NCBI RefSeq assembly: GCF_037042905.1
Contig: NC_087250.1
Coordinates: 7,690,001-7,754,000 of the forward strand
Direction of reading: 5' to 3'
Length of the DNA: 64,000 nucleotides
Source: Lytechinus pictus
Taxonomy: Eukaryota
Shown: one piece after another, positions 24,130 through 37,681 of the stretch
Layout of the letters: every line of letters starts with the position of its first letter
Position numbering within the stretch: position 1 is the stretch's first letter
Position numbers and translations under genes: made by a program
The notes under the pieces: generated by a model
What the model was told of the DNA's origin: nothing
Seen by the model: only the letters and a program-made list of their open reading frames with translations
Database searches by the model: none

Positions 24130-25640
24130 ACTACTGGGACGGAACCTTCCAGGTGAACTCAGTGGAACTCCACTCCAGTTTGAACTGAAAGGAGGTTCTC
24201 TGGGGAGCATTTCATGAAAGGACTTGTCAGACGTTTTATCTGTTAAGTACTGTTTTATCAGACAGTTACTATGGTAACAGTGCCTCTCAGCCAATCATAA
24301 TCAAGGAAAGTTGTCAGACCTGACAACTTGTCAGACGAAAATGTTAATGAAACGCTCCCCAGGTGGACTCACAGGAGATCCACTAGAAACGTTTAGAGGA
24401 ACTGCCAGGGTCTCACAGGAGAACTCCCAGGAAAACTCCCCAAATGTTGTCAATGAAATGCAAGGAGCTTCCATTTGAGCCCCCATGAATTCCAACTTGA
24501 AATTATAGGACTGCTCAATGATTTCAGAAGAACTTCCAAAATGAGCTCCCAGGATCTCCCACTTGAACTGCCAAGAGAAGCTGTCAGGTGTTTCTTGGTG
24601 AACCAGTAGGACCTCCAGTTTAACCCCCTTGTGAGTTTTCAGATGAGCTGCCTGGAGGAACTGTCAGGTGCTCTATCAGGGAGAATTGTCCATTGTTTTC
24701 TGTTAAACCAGTAGGGTCTCCAGGTAAACTCTTGGGTGAGTTCTCAGGTGAACTACCCAGAGAAACTGTCGGGTATTTCCTGGGGAACCAGTAGGACCTC
24801 CAGATGAACTTCCAGGTGTGCTATCTGGTAAACTGCCAGGAAAAATTGTCCTAAGGAACTGTAAGGTGTCCCTCTAGGATGAACCAGGGCATTCAGGTGA
24901 GCTCCCAGGTGACCTGCCAGGAGAAACTGTTTTGAGAACTATCAGATTTTTCCTGGTGTCAACTTGTAGGACCTTCAGGTGAGCTCCAAGGTTAGCTCTC
25001 AGGTGATCTACAAGGAGGAAATGCCGGGTGCTTCCTGGTGAGCAATTAGGATCTATGGGTGGAAACCCAGATGAGCTCTAAGGAGAACTGCCTGAAGGAA
25101 CCAGTAGGACTGCCAGGTGAACTCTCAGCCCCAGTAGAGATCTCAGTTGAACTACCCGATAGAACAGTCCTGATGAACTGTCGGGTACAATGTACCTCCT
25201 CGTGAACCAATAGGACCTTCAGGTGAACTCCCATTTGAGCTCTCAGGTGAACTGCCACAAGAAACACTCTCTTGAGAAACAGGTGTTTCCTGGTGAACCA
25301 GTAGGGCCTTCAGATGAGCTCTCATGTGATCTGCCTTGAACTGCCAGAGAAACTGTCAGTTGTTACTTGCTTTAACAAGTACACGTAGGATCTCAATGTG
25401 AACTCTCAAATGACCTTACAGGTGAACTGCTATGAGAAACTGTCTGGAGGAACTCTTATAGGTGTTTCCTGGTGAATAAGTAGGATCTCCAAGTGAACAC
25501 TAATGTGGTCTCTCTGGTGAAAAGTCTGATATTTCCTGATGAACATGACTACTCAGAAACTCCCAGGATCTCCTAGTTGAGCTTCCAAGAGCTCCCGAGA
25601 ATCTCTTGGCATGGACCAGAAAATGTGAGCAGTGCTAAAC
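24130..25640 (+). repeat. Degenerate minisatellite, about 80-bp unit built from 12-bp CAGGTGAACTCC subunits
   Basis: Recurrent GGTGAACCAGTAGGACCTCCAGGTGAACTC; CCAGTAGG spacing of 80 bp between about 24707 and 24787. Confidence 0.8.
24200..24362. mobile_element. Short MITE (X-box + CCAAT family)
   Basis: CTGGGGAGCATTTCAT / ATGAAACGCTCCCCAG TIRs. Confidence 0.8.
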
Positions 25641-27039
25641 CTTCGTAGAACTTTCTCATGTGGTCGAAGGTCACTTGTTGAGTGCCTGCAAATGCCTGTC
25701 AGCCTGATGTTGTTACCATGACAATTTGCCAAATTCAAATGATTTATTGAAAGTTCTAGCAAAGGAAGCATGGGCAGCCCTCTCTGCTGAGAATTTATTA
25801 TTTATTTTTGTTGCAACACTAGTGTTGTAACCCGAACCGGTCGCGGTACGGTTAACCTGACAGTATGGGGAATCAGGCATGTTTAGGAATAGTTAAAGCT
25901 CTGGTAACTTTGCCATAATCACATCTTCCATGGTAACAGGGATCAACAGCTATCAAACACAAGCTTTTCAGGGTATTAGCCATGAAGTTGAAGTTATAGT
26001 TTGCTTAATAAATCTTTATGAAAAATGTCTCAAGTGGAAGAATCACTATATAGTGTATGATGTGTGTGTGTGTGCCACCTGTGGCTACATACGTGTAGGT
26101 AGTACCATGCCGTCACCGTCAGTTAACTGTGTATGTTGTTATTGTCAACATTTTCAAGTTCATATTCATGGACATGATGTATTAACTGACTGTGTCTGTG
26201 ACATCAATGAGATTTGGTGTCATGTTCTACCTTGCGTCTCCATGGTCATACCAATGATAATATGACAGGGTAGTCTAGTCTGTTATTCAGCCCTTCATTT
26301 AATTGAGTGAACCTGACACGCCAAGCAGCCCGTCTCACCACAACCACCTACTCTTTGTTGTGAAGTCACAATCTGATATGACTAACCCCGCCTGAATGTG
26401 AGTCTGTGGCGCAGTATGGGCAGGGGCAATTGGCAATCAGCGATGAGTAACACTACATGAATGTGAGTATGTGGTGTGTGCAGGGCCAATTAGTGAGCAA
26501 TGATTGTTACTTGAGAGGATGTTCAGTGACAGGCTGCTTGTTTGGCAAGTGACTGGCAAAAATCAATGTTCTGCACACCTGCTGTTATGTCGCACATGGT
26601 GTAGTCTAGTCTCAAAATGCAGACCCATTTAAAGTTGTATTCCCCAAATGAGAGCTACATGTACATGTAAATTTTGTTTTGATGCATATTGCTTTGCACA
26701 TGCTAATTTCAGAATATCCTTCAAAAGAGCTGAGTCACGTCAGACATTTTTTCTCTCTGCATCATGACCGTAATAAGTTAAAATGATGTGAAGTTGGCTA
26801 TGATGTACGCCTACACCAGTAGGATGTTAGGAAAACTTGAATACTGATTAAAAAAACTTTTGGTAAAAGTCACAAATTTTCATGTAGGGCCTACATGTAC
26901 CCTAACAAACAATTCTTTGAATAATATTTATGTAGTTCCTGTCTGTGTGGTGAGATGCTGCAAAAATAAACCTTCACGTAGACTACTACTACTACTGTAT
27001 ACTGCACAGCTGATTTTAAGACTTATTTTGTCTTCTTTG

Positions 27040-27192
27040 GCTCCCCCACAATGTACATTTTGTATTATTTTTTAATACCCTACTCGGTTCACTTTCCTTT
27101 TCAATTATGTTTGTTTCCTATTTTGTACATATTTGTTATGTTAAAAAAAAATATTATTGTGGAAATAAATGATTTGATTTGATTTGATTTTA
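27040..27192 (+). mobile_element. LINE 3' UTR remnant (L2/Crack-type tail)
   Basis: T-rich tract then AATAAA followed by (TTTGA)n. Confidence 0.55.
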
Positions 27193-28195
27193 TTCACTTC
27201 TGGAAAGTGGTCTGAATATACAGCCTAATGGCCCTGACAAGGAATTGTATTTTGAAGGTCCCTCTTGACTCCCCAACAAGTTGATTTTGTGTTAGACCTG
27301 TCTCTCTATTAAAAACAACCTTCTTGTCGATTAAGGTTTCAACCAGGGTCTGTGTCTGCAGACCATAGACTCACGACCAGTACTTGTTGTATGTATCTGT
27401 GATTTTCTCAAAGGAGAGAGGGGGGCAGAAAAAATTCAATTTTCTGATTCTTTTTTGTTTGTTTTGTTTTGGCAAGCCCCTCAAAATGTTTTAATTGGCA
27501 AGAAAATTTGACAAAAGTTAAAATAAAACAGATCATCACAATGACTGGTTATATTTTCTCCAGAAGAAATTACAACAACAGCAACTTTACTTAAACATCG
27601 AAGGGAGACAAGAAAATAGTATATGTATATAGGCTAGTCTGCAGGCACAGACCTTGATTGAAATTTTAACAAGTGCGTCTCCACGCAAAGACTAGCACAT
27701 ACATTGTACAAAACTTGCTTTTTTTCAAGAGGGCCTTCAGCACACAAGGCATGAGTAGGCTGCACATTCAGACCCTTAAACTTGAGGGAAGGATTTGCAC
27801 AGCAGACTATATGTAGGCCCTATACAATGTAATGTAGGTACATGTGTCCCTATTCCCTACTGGTAGTATGTAGGCCTAAGATCTAAAACAGGGTTGACTG
27901 TACTTGTCGGTCTTCATGGAAAAGTTATATTAGGCCAAGTACCAGTTGAATTTCTAATTGACATATTTGCAACCATTAATACCCTCCATATTTTAGCTTG
28001 AAAGAGACTGGTAGCTCTGAAGAACTATTATTTGATTGATAATGTGTACAAGCAAGAGCAGATCCGGAGTCTGACTGATACAGGGTGCGATTTAGTCCGG
28101 GGATTTAGTCTGAAAATTATGACAAGGCGTAAAAAAAAGGGTCATCACTCGTATTATGGGGTGTGGAATGGAGGCGTGCTATAAGCTTCACCATT

Positions 28196-29011
28196 CAGCA
28201 TTGGAAGTACATGAGGATGACGGGCGATGTGGCCCTCATGACAGCCCAAATCGCCCCTAAAACTCCCCCAAAATGCATGCGTTGGGGCGACCGTTCTTTC
28301 TAGAATCGCCCCGAGATCTGTTCCAAACAATCTTAAAGGGAAAGTTTACCCTGACAATAAATGTAAGCGGAAAAATATTGCAGCAGAAGATTTGAGGAAA
28401 ATCCATCAAAGAATAAAAAAGTTATTAGAGATTATTTGATTTGTGACGTTATATTGAGCAGCTTTCCTACTTTACATATCGTATGGTAAAAAATCAAGGA
28501 AATGTCACTTTCTCAGAAAATTATAAATTGTTTTTACTGTACCTTCATTATAACAATAGACAAATTATTTCACACCCGTTCCTAAAAAAAGAAAACAAAA
28601 ACAAGTCAACACGAACCATTAAAGAAAAAAAATTTATGCATTTTATACATGTATTACATAACAATGGGACAGCTTCTCGTTTTATGATGTCACATATCAA
28701 AAACTTCAAATTTTAATTACTTTCTCAATCTTCAATGGATGTTCCTCAAACCTTCACCAATATTTATTATTTCCTCAGCTATTTTTACATCAAACTTTTC
28801 TTCAGGGTGAACTTCCCCTTTAAAGATTACATTCAAAATCATTATTCTATTAAACTCTGGCAGAATGAAAATGATATTTGCTTCTACTGCATAATTGATT
28901 GTCCCCCCTCAAATGTAGCCCTTAACATGAAATAAATAGCCTCCAAAGTTCGGCACTTGCCCCAATGTGGAAAAATAGATAGCCCCCCCCCCAAAATGTT
29001 TTCCTACCCTG
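28196..29011. mobile_element. P/hAT-like MITE containing a nested Kolobok-like MITE
   Basis: Homologous to 17346-17679; flanked by TCACCATT / GCACCATT (8-bp TSD, one mismatch). Confidence 0.75.
28337..28819. mobile_element. Kolobok-like MITE (nested)
   Basis: TTAA|AGGGAAAGTTTACCCTGA ... TCAGGGTGAACTTCCCCT|TTAA. Confidence 0.85.
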
Positions 29012-29064
29012 GCACCATTTTATTTCCAAATTTTAAAGGGGTGCCCCCCCCCCCCGCACCTTAA

Positions 29065-29627
29065 AGGGATGGTCCGGGCTGAAAGTATTCATAGAGCTCT
29101 TATAGAGTAGAATTCACTGAGCAAAATGCTGAAAATTTCATCAAAATCGGATAACAAATAACAAATTGAATTTCAAAGTTCAGTTCAGTCGTCATGAATA
29201 TTCATTAGGTGGGCTGATGATGTCACATCCCCACTTGTTCTTTTGTATTGTATTATATGAAATTAGGTTTATTCAAATTTTTTCCTCCAAGAACTAAAAA
29301 AATTGGATTGACAACTGATTTAGTGCATTAGATATTTATTGCTGCACCTTATTTCATTATAAGGGAGACATATTATTCACACAAGTATGAAATAATGAAA
29401 AAATTATGATTTTATGTAATAACATAAGAAAACGGAAAGTGGAGATGTGACATCATCAGCTCACCTAATGAATATTCATGACGACCGTTTTCACAAAATA
29501 TTGCTTAAATTCAAACTTCAATACCTTTATTATTTGTTATCCAATTTTGATGAAATTTTCGGCATTTTTCTCAGTGAATTCTACTCTATGTATTAAGATA
29601 TAAATATTTTCAGCCTGGACCATCCCT
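29065..29627. mobile_element. Kolobok-like MITE
   Basis: TTAA|AGGGATGGTCCGGGCTGAAA ... TTTCAGCCTGGACCATCCCT|TTAA. Confidence 0.9.
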
Positions 29628-30651
29628 TTAAGGGTATTTTCTTGAATCCCACAGATTTCAATGCGGTGTACAGTATCTACATGTAGGCTGCCTACTCTCT
29701 ATGTTACAATTCTCATATGACAATTGGCCTGAAATCATACAAGCTCATAAGGTCATTCGTTTCATCAATTTTTTTTGTTGAATGAAAGAGACCTTCTTGT
29801 CTTCGTAATAACATTCCATTCCTTTTATGGACGGAAAGAAAGTAAATAAAGTGTTGGTAGTCTGTGTATTCAGACTAATTGTGTATGAAGGTCATTCAAT
29901 TATTCACATGCATGTTGTATATTATACGTGTACATTAGCCATACCTGTTTATTATTAAAAGCAGTGAACAACAAACCTACATGTAGAAATGACAGAATAT
30001 TAGAAACAATTGTGTCTTTAAGTTTCAAATATTTTTGACTTTACATTATTTTATTTGTTACTGTTGTTTTAAAACAAGAAGTGCACACCAAGTTATAAAA
30101 CAAGAAAGCATAGCATTTCCATTTATTTGAATGTAGGATAGAAGAGCACTGTCAATTGAATGCCTTGCTCACAGGTATAAGCCGGGGGGGGGGGGTTGAA
30201 CCCCCGGGGGTACTCAAATTATAACATGAGTCGGGGGGGGGGGGGGGGCTCTGGACCTAAATCTTGGTCTTTAAAAAAAAAAAATGTCATGCCCACATTT
30301 CACGCATGCACACTGGAACAGGTGTGACAAGAGTTGGTGACCATCTGCACTTAATAGCATTTGCCGCTGGACAGTGTGAACATAGGATAATCTCTTTCTG
30401 ACAGTGATTTTTATTAAAACTTGGCAATGAAGAGCAATAATAATTTATTCTCTAATAGAAACTGGTCTGAATGAATAGACTAGTAATTTTAATAATATTG
30501 TGCTCCAGTGACAATAGAGACACTGTAGGAAGCCCTTCCTCCGAATATTTCATAACCACAGAATCCTTGCCCACAACACACTCATGGCTAAAGTCTGTAG
30601 ACTTACTGTTGTTTGATATCACTTTTTATGTTAGATCTTATCTTTCCTTAA

Positions 30652-31074
30652 AGGACAAGTCTACCCCAACAAAAAGTTGATTTGAATAAAAAGAGAAAAA
30701 TCCAACAAGCATAACAATGAAAATTTCATCAAAATCGGAGGTAAAATAAGAAAGTTACGACATTTTAAAGTTTAGCTTAATTTCTCAAAACAGTTATATG
30801 CACATCCTGGTGGGTATGCAAATGAGGAAACTGATGATGTCATCCACTCACTATTTCTTCAATTCAATTCATTTATTCAACCATCATCATGTACAAACAA
30901 TTTCATAAATACATACCAATATAGATAATATACAAATACTAAACTTAATAGAATGATGGTTTGGTGACCCCGGAGAAAGCAGAGCTTATAAAAAGGGGCC
31001 ACCGAGTTAAAATATACACTAAAAATACATACAACAAATAATAATAATTACACTAAGTACACCGATGCAACAGC

Positions 31075-31116
<42 letters not shown>

Positions 31117-31875
31117 AGGGGGGGGGGACTTTCAATGAGAAAATAACAAATAATTAAATAATTGGCAGAAAGTTTTTTAAGCACATGATAACTGATAATG
31201 TTTTCTGATAAGTCTCTTGAACCTAGAAAGAGTTGAACTGGATTTTATGTCAGAGGGGAGGTTATTCCATAACTTAGGAAAACAGATTTTAAAGGAATTT
31301 AAAGATATAGTTGATCGAACTAAGGGTAGATGAATTTGGTTGCTTTGGCGAGTAAAATGAGAGTGTATTGTAGAATTTGGGACAAAAATGTCATTGAAAA
31401 GAGGAGGCAAGATTTTAGCATAAAATTTATACATGAATACGAGGGAATTAAATGATATCAAGTCCTGTACTGGCATTATGTTCTTTTGTATTTTATTATA
31501 TGAAATAGGGAATATTCTATTTTTCTCCTATTTGTCAAGTGATACAACGATTAATTCCTCCCTGAACATGTGGAATTACCATTGTTTAATAGTATATATG
31601 GTTCAGTCAAGTTGGTCCTTATTGTCAAATCTATATAAAAATTAAATATTGTATAATTTCAAACAATAAAAAAAACAAGAGAAATAGTTAGTGATGGACA
31701 TCATCGACTGACACACCTAGTTGTGCATATCACTGTTTTGTGAAAAATAAGCGAAACTTTAAAATGTCATAACTTACTTATTTTACATCCGATTTTAATG
31801 AAATTTTCAGCACTATGTAAGTTACATTTTTCTCTATTTATTCAATTCAGCATTTTCCTGGGGTGGACTTGTCCT
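30652..31875. mobile_element. Kolobok-like MITE (main family) interrupted by a LINE fragment
   Basis: TTAA on both sides; the consensus CACTATTTCTTTTGTA is split at about 30858/31481. Confidence 0.9.
30859..31480 (-). mobile_element. 5'-truncated non-LTR retrotransposon (CR1/L2/Crack-like): ORF2 C-terminus + 3' UTR
   Basis: ORF 31177-31476 (FMYK..LPPLF..HSHFTRQ..PKLWNNLPSDIKSSSTLSRFKRLIRKH) is typical of CR1/L2-clade C-termini; 3' stem-loop GGTGGGCCCC..GGGGTCACC; (TTGAA)n tail. Confidence 0.9.
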
Positions 31876-32793
31876 TTAAACGGGCACTGAAAATAGTGTA
31901 AATTGAGCAGATAAAGAAAAATCAGACAGACGAAACACTGGAAATTTGATCAAAATTGGACAAGGAATGACATTTCGGCGAAACCCTTGTTCTAGGCATG
32001 TCTTCATATTAACATAAAATAAGAAAAAAAGAAAGTGTAGATGTGACATCAGTCCACATAATGAATATTCATGATGATATGCATATAACTATTTTCACAT
32101 ATTTTCGCATATAAGTATTGCAAAACTATAATATTCAATAACTTTGTCATCAGATTTTGATGAAATTTTCAGGATTTTGCTCAGTGAATTTTACTCTTAT
32201 TTAGTGACAGTGATTTTCCGTTTTAGCTGTGAATAAAACAGAAATTCTGTTTGGTTCTTATACTTTTCATGTAAAAATTCATGGAATTCACCTTTGCAAA
32301 ACGGAAGTCAGGTTTTTGTTGTGTACATTTTCAGTGACAATACCGTACGGAATTTCCATTTTTCAAGTTGAAACAGAATTACAGATTTTCAGAAAGGGAA
32401 AAGACAATTTTTTGAAATGGAAAATCACTGTCTCTACTTATTAGTTAGACAACTGTTTTCAGCCTGAAAAACAGTCGCCCCTTTATTCTTGAGCAGTGTT
32501 TCAGATATGTCTGCGCATGCTTTAAATTTCCCACATACCAAAGATATGAGCTATTGTTGTGATGGAATGAAGAAATATTTCTTATGAACGTAGGTCTACG
32601 CCAAACATCTAGGGTCATATCAAGAGTGTTTGTATATAAAGTAAATGCTTGACTGGTGATCCTTTCTTGTGGTAAAAGGATTATACCCCCAAATTATCAT
32701 TGGACCTAGGTCCATGGTATTGTCAAAAGAAAGAGTCACCAGTCGCTTGTAAAGTCACTCCTAATGTCAACAGCTCGAGGCCTACAACTGTAT

Positions 32794-33194
32794 AGGCGGT
32801 GCTGCACCGTCCCGAGTTTGCTCTATCTCGAGATTTTAGCCCGATCGGCCCTCTTCGCGATTAATCTCGAGATTCAGGAAACCCCGTCTCCACCATCGCA
32901 AGAAGAGCGATTCCTGATCGAGCGAGGCATCGATGCATTATGGTCTGACACCGTGAATAAATAATCCCGAGTGCGTCTGCACCTACGAATTAGCGCGATA
33001 ATTCGTAAAATAGCGCGCTATTTTGCAAATAATCTCAAGTTGTCTTGGGATTGCAATCTCGAGTTTAATCCTACGAACTAGCGCGATAATTGCGTCTCCA
33101 TTGCACGTAATCTCAAGATTGTTCAGATCGGGATAATTTGCTGGATCAGAAATAGCGCGCTAATTTGAAAACTTGGGATGGTGCTGACGGCCCT
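32794..33194. mobile_element. PIF/Harbinger-like MITE, CpG-rich (young)
   Basis: Imperfect TIRs; closely similar reverse copy at 52617-52952. Confidence 0.8.
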
Positions 33195-33844
33195 AATGTG
33201 AAACGCCCAGCTGCAACACGCTCAAATATTTTTAACTGAATGATACACACCATAGAACTAAAACCACAACAACAGCAACAACAACGCCAATGCAGTTTCT
33301 AGTAGTCTTAAAGATTCAGACCACCTTTTGTTGTGACTTGACAAACCAAGGGCTCGTGCCCTTCAATCTAGCCTGGGATTGCACTTGTTCAGAAGTCAAT
33401 CTATGTTGCTATATTTAGCTGGGAGCATGTTCCTAGGTAAATGCCCTTTATTCATTTTCAATCATGGGAAAGCCTGGTTTCAAGGCTTATGAAAATATTT
33501 TTTTGTGATACAGTGAAAGCGTGTGTAGTTGATTTGTAGAAATTACTCTCTGGTAAATTTACAGTTTCCAATTATGAGTATAAGATGCTCATTTGTATTG
33601 AAAACTGTGTGTTAAAATTGACATCAGTTGGTGGCCCTTTAGAGGACTACAACCCAAGGTGTTAAAATTACACCCTAGATATTGAACATAATGCCAAATA
33701 GTGTACAACCAAAGGTGTTGTACATGTGTATGTGTTGAACTAACAGCAAAATGTAACACCAGAGTATTGTTTTCCTCTATACACCAATCATATATGCCAC
33801 AGTGTCTGCTGTGTAATGTAGAGAAAATTATGGAGAATATTATT

Positions 33845-34123
33845 TAATATGCATTTGTACAGCGCCATCTATCTAGAAACAATCTATTCCGAGGCGCGTT
33901 GTTATTAGTATTATTATTACCATGGCTTTAGCTCATGCTGCCTTTCATTGCTCGTGCATTCAAGGAATTAATCCTGCCGGGTACCTATTCACCTCTCCTG
34001 GGTCGAGTGCAGCACAATGTGGACAAATTTCTTGCAGAAGGAAAACACGCCATGGCTAGGACTCGAACCCACAACCCTCTGTTTGAAAGGCGAGAGTCAG
34101 AACCACTAGCCCACGACGCGCCC
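33845..34123 (-). mobile_element. tRNA-derived SINE, CORE-like
   Basis: Reverse complement of the 6554-type head and core; very similar to 59485-59743. Confidence 0.85.
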
Positions 34124-34594
34124 AGAAAAAGAAGAAAAGAAGAAAAAGATTTTTCATATGATAGAGAGCAGAAAGGCACTAGAAATTCATTTCTCTTGAC
34201 AAGAGGCAATCTCCTCTCAGTGCAATCAAGCAAACTATAGACGTGTACCCTATATTGACATATCAAAATGGATTTGATGAAATTGAACTGACTGGGGACT
34301 TGTCAACAAGACTGTTTCATGAGGCATCTTGCCAGTAATTTTCACTGGCAAATTTGCTCAGAGCCAATCAGATGCAAGGATGTTGGTAGCTTGTAATAGA
34401 TAGTCAGTGGGAATCGCTGACTGTTTGCTTTGTGAAATGCTCCCTGAGGCTGAACAGGTCGAGATACTCATTAAATTACACCAAAGACTGCTCATTTTTC
34501 ATGTTAAAATCTTTTGCCTCAAATTACTTTTAAAGGGAAGTCTCCCAAGGCATAATGTACTGTTTGATCATACTTTGATGATATCAACTGTGAC

Positions 34595-35075
34595 AGTGAT
34601 GGTGATGGTAATGATGACGACAAAATAATGACGACAACGATGACAGTGATGACAACGATGACGATGATTATGGTGATGGTGATGGTGATGATGATGATGG
34701 AGTTGGTAATGATGAGGATGATGGTGATGGTTGTGATGATGAATCATGATGATGACGACGATGATGATGATGATGATAAAGATGATGATGACGACGATGA
34801 TGATGATGACGATGATGATGATGATGACGATGACGATGATGATGATGATGATGACGATGATGATGATGATGATGATGACGATGATGACGATGATGATGAT
34901 GATGACTATGATGACAATGATGATGGTTATGATGATGGTTGTGATGATGATAATGATGATGGTGATGGTGGTGGTGATGATGACGATGATAATATGATGA
35001 TGATGATGGTGATGGTGATGAAACTGATTATGATGATGATGGCGGTGGTGATAGTGATTATGATGATGATGATGA
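34595..35075. repeat. (GAT)n trinucleotide microsatellite
   Basis: About 480 bp of GAT/GAC/GGT units. Confidence 0.95.
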
Positions 35076-35412
35076 CGAAAATATGAAAGGAATATTGACA
35101 TATAAAAAATAAGTGAAACTTTCCAAATTCATGTCCACATGTGATGAAATTATCAGCATTACGCTTGTTTGGTCTCTTTCTATTAAACACCCCTCTTTTT
35201 TTTTTTTTTTTTTTTTTTTGGGGGGGGGAGGGGGAACCTTTAAAAGATTTAAATATAAAATTACTTTTAGCATACCTATGGGGAGTAGGATTCTCACTAT
35301 AGGCCTACCATTTCACGAGGAGGTTACATAATTTTGAAGAAAACAGTCCTCGTGGTTTTATTATCCTTCAAATAGATTGAGCTCTTTTCATATATGTTTT
35401 AGCTTCGCTCTT

Positions 35413-35967
35413 ATACCCTTTTTACACACGCTAAAATTTCCTTAACCCCGTACTAGAGGTGGGGCTAAATTGCCATTTAGCCCCACCTATAGTACGGGGT
35501 TAAGCTTAGCCCACTTTCTTTTTACACAGCATTTTTGCAAAGTGGGCTAACCCCACCTTTAGTACGGGATTATTTGGCCCTGCAAAAAAGCAGGGTTATC
35601 CCAGCAATTGCGGTGCTAAGAGCGATAGTACGGGGTTAAAATCGCTAGTGTAAAACGAAAGTGGGCTAAGCTTAACCCCGTACTATAGGTGGGGCTAAAT
35701 GGCAATTTGGCCCCACCTATAGTACGGGGTTAAGGAAATTGTAGCGTGTGTAAAAAGGAGGGAGTGAAGTACTTGTACTACGAATGATCGACAAAAACCA
35801 CTAGTCCGGGGTTAGCGAGTTTCGTGTGTGAAAAGCAAGCATTCCTTAACCGGGGTTAGCAATAACAATTTGGCATGTGTAAAAAGGAAAAAAAATAGTA
35901 CGGGGTTAAGGATAGTACGGGGTTAGCGATAGTCCGGGGCTAAGAAAATCCTGTGTAAAAAGGGTAT
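35413..35967. mobile_element. MITE with ATACCCTTTTTACAC TIRs and TAGTACGGGGTTA subrepeats
   Basis: Perfect 15-bp inverted termini; internal inverted block TTAACCCCGTACTATAGGTGGGGCTAAAT. Confidence 0.85.
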
Positions 35968-37681
35968 TGGAGTATCATTTGAATAAATGCATGGAATGTT
36001 GGTGTCATTGTGTGAAAAGAATAGAATAAAATGCCTGTTAGAGTTTAATGGTGCTTTCCAAATGATGGTAGGCCTGTCTTTAAATCATTTTCCGTTATGT
36101 AACTCTCTAATTGTGTCATTGATGTTTTATTGATACCCCGGAGTAGGATTAATCTTTCGTTGAACATGTTTTATCAAACACGGGCCTGTTGCAAAATGAG
36201 TTGTGATCGAATGCAACTCAATAATTGATTGCAAGTTCATTTTCAACAATTCGAAAGTGCGTATCAGGGATTTGCACATTGCTTGAGTTGTTTTCAACTG
36301 CAAATTTTTCTTTAATGGGCCGCAGCCGGGGCCTGGAAATGTTTATTGAAGAGGGGTTGCTGGTTTGGAAATGAAAACAAGTTCTAGCAAAAGTTGTGAG
36401 TATTTTTTAATGTAGAGTTTTCTACTTTTTTTTGGGGGGGGGGGGGGAGAAGGGTCTTCAAATTTACTGTGATTGAAAGTTGGTTGAAAAGGACAGAGAT
36501 GCAACTGATAAGGAGCTTTTAAATCAACTTGATCCCCAAAATCAACTTGATCCCCAAAGTTCCTGTAAATTTGTTTATGAGGATTTTATTCAAGCCTTAA
36601 AGCAGATATGAACCAAAAGCACCATCTCGAGTCCTCAACTACTCATACCTGGCCAGTTTCCTGACCTATAATGCTAGTGTAGTCTCGTAATCTAGACCCA
36701 CTTGAATGATAACATGCTAATTAACTACTCAATACATTTATACCACAATAATTATGTTACCAAGTAGCAAAACAATTACTTTTCCTCTCAAAACATTTTA
36801 GTTTTACTATACAAATACAATTATAGGTTAATTTATTCTCTGTAGTATAAGTAGATGTCTGAAAAATGTATATTTTAAGACTATGTATTTATAGCACACA
36901 GTCAATGAGAGACCACACACAGTTCACTCCCTCTTTAAAATACCAGATAATTGTTTAAACATTCATACCCACCTTTGAAAAAATAATTAAGTTCTCTTAC
37001 ATGTACGTTTTGAAAGTACACTTACAATCTTGCAGGTTTTTTTCTTTCGGGAATATGAATTAAACAGGTTATTTGCTTTCAGACAGTCAATAAACATGAT
37101 ATTTTGCGATGATCGAGATAGTCACAGTACATTTCCACTTCAGAGAATACCAAGTATTTTCTTCTTTTGAGATGGGGGAGAAGGAGGAGATGATGAGGAG
37201 AAAAGATGATGAAGAACAAACAAAATGAAGAAATGGAGCAGAAGGTGGGGGGGGGGGGGTGAAATGAAGGGAGTAGCGAGCGATTTATTAAAAACAAAAC
37301 AAAAATTTCCCGTGTGTGGATAAACTTCACCTACTCACAAGCCTTTAGGATGTTTTAATTTGAAAGAGCTTATTCATTTGCCCGAAAGTTATCCATTTCA
37401 ACAATGTTGAATCATGTCAATTGCAAATGAATGATTACTTGACATAATACAATTAGGCCTTGCAGCTTGTCTGATTTGATTAGAAAAACCCCCTCGGGGA
37501 GAGAATGAACTCTCCCAAAAGTGTACTGGTGTTCTAGAAGACAAACAGCTTGAAGGAGGAGTGTAGTCTTGGAAATCAGCCCTGTTAAAAAGAGAATCTG
37601 CAAAGTTCAAGTTTTATTAAACATTAAACAATATATTATTATTATTAAACATGCACTTGGAAAATATTAATACCACTATTA

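Larger units (their letters stand above)
27900..33650 (-). pseudogene. Decayed multi-Ig-domain gene, copy C, heavily interrupted by TEs
   Basis: Minus strand: THNWKL; VQSQ..D/EGH..VCQV near 33335-33385; HECVVGKDSVVM; SLFI..NYYC (30433-30481); SVISTCRF..QVW near 29.95 kb; VLMVANMSIRNSTGTW near 27935-27983. Confidence 0.4.

Noticed and set aside
24400..25500. Collagen-like or (GELP)n coding repeat
   Set aside because: The 80-bp period breaks frame, with frequent stops
34568..35190. Long poly-Asp/Met/Ile/His ORFs
   Set aside because: Translations of a (GAT)n microsatellite, with no splice or domain context
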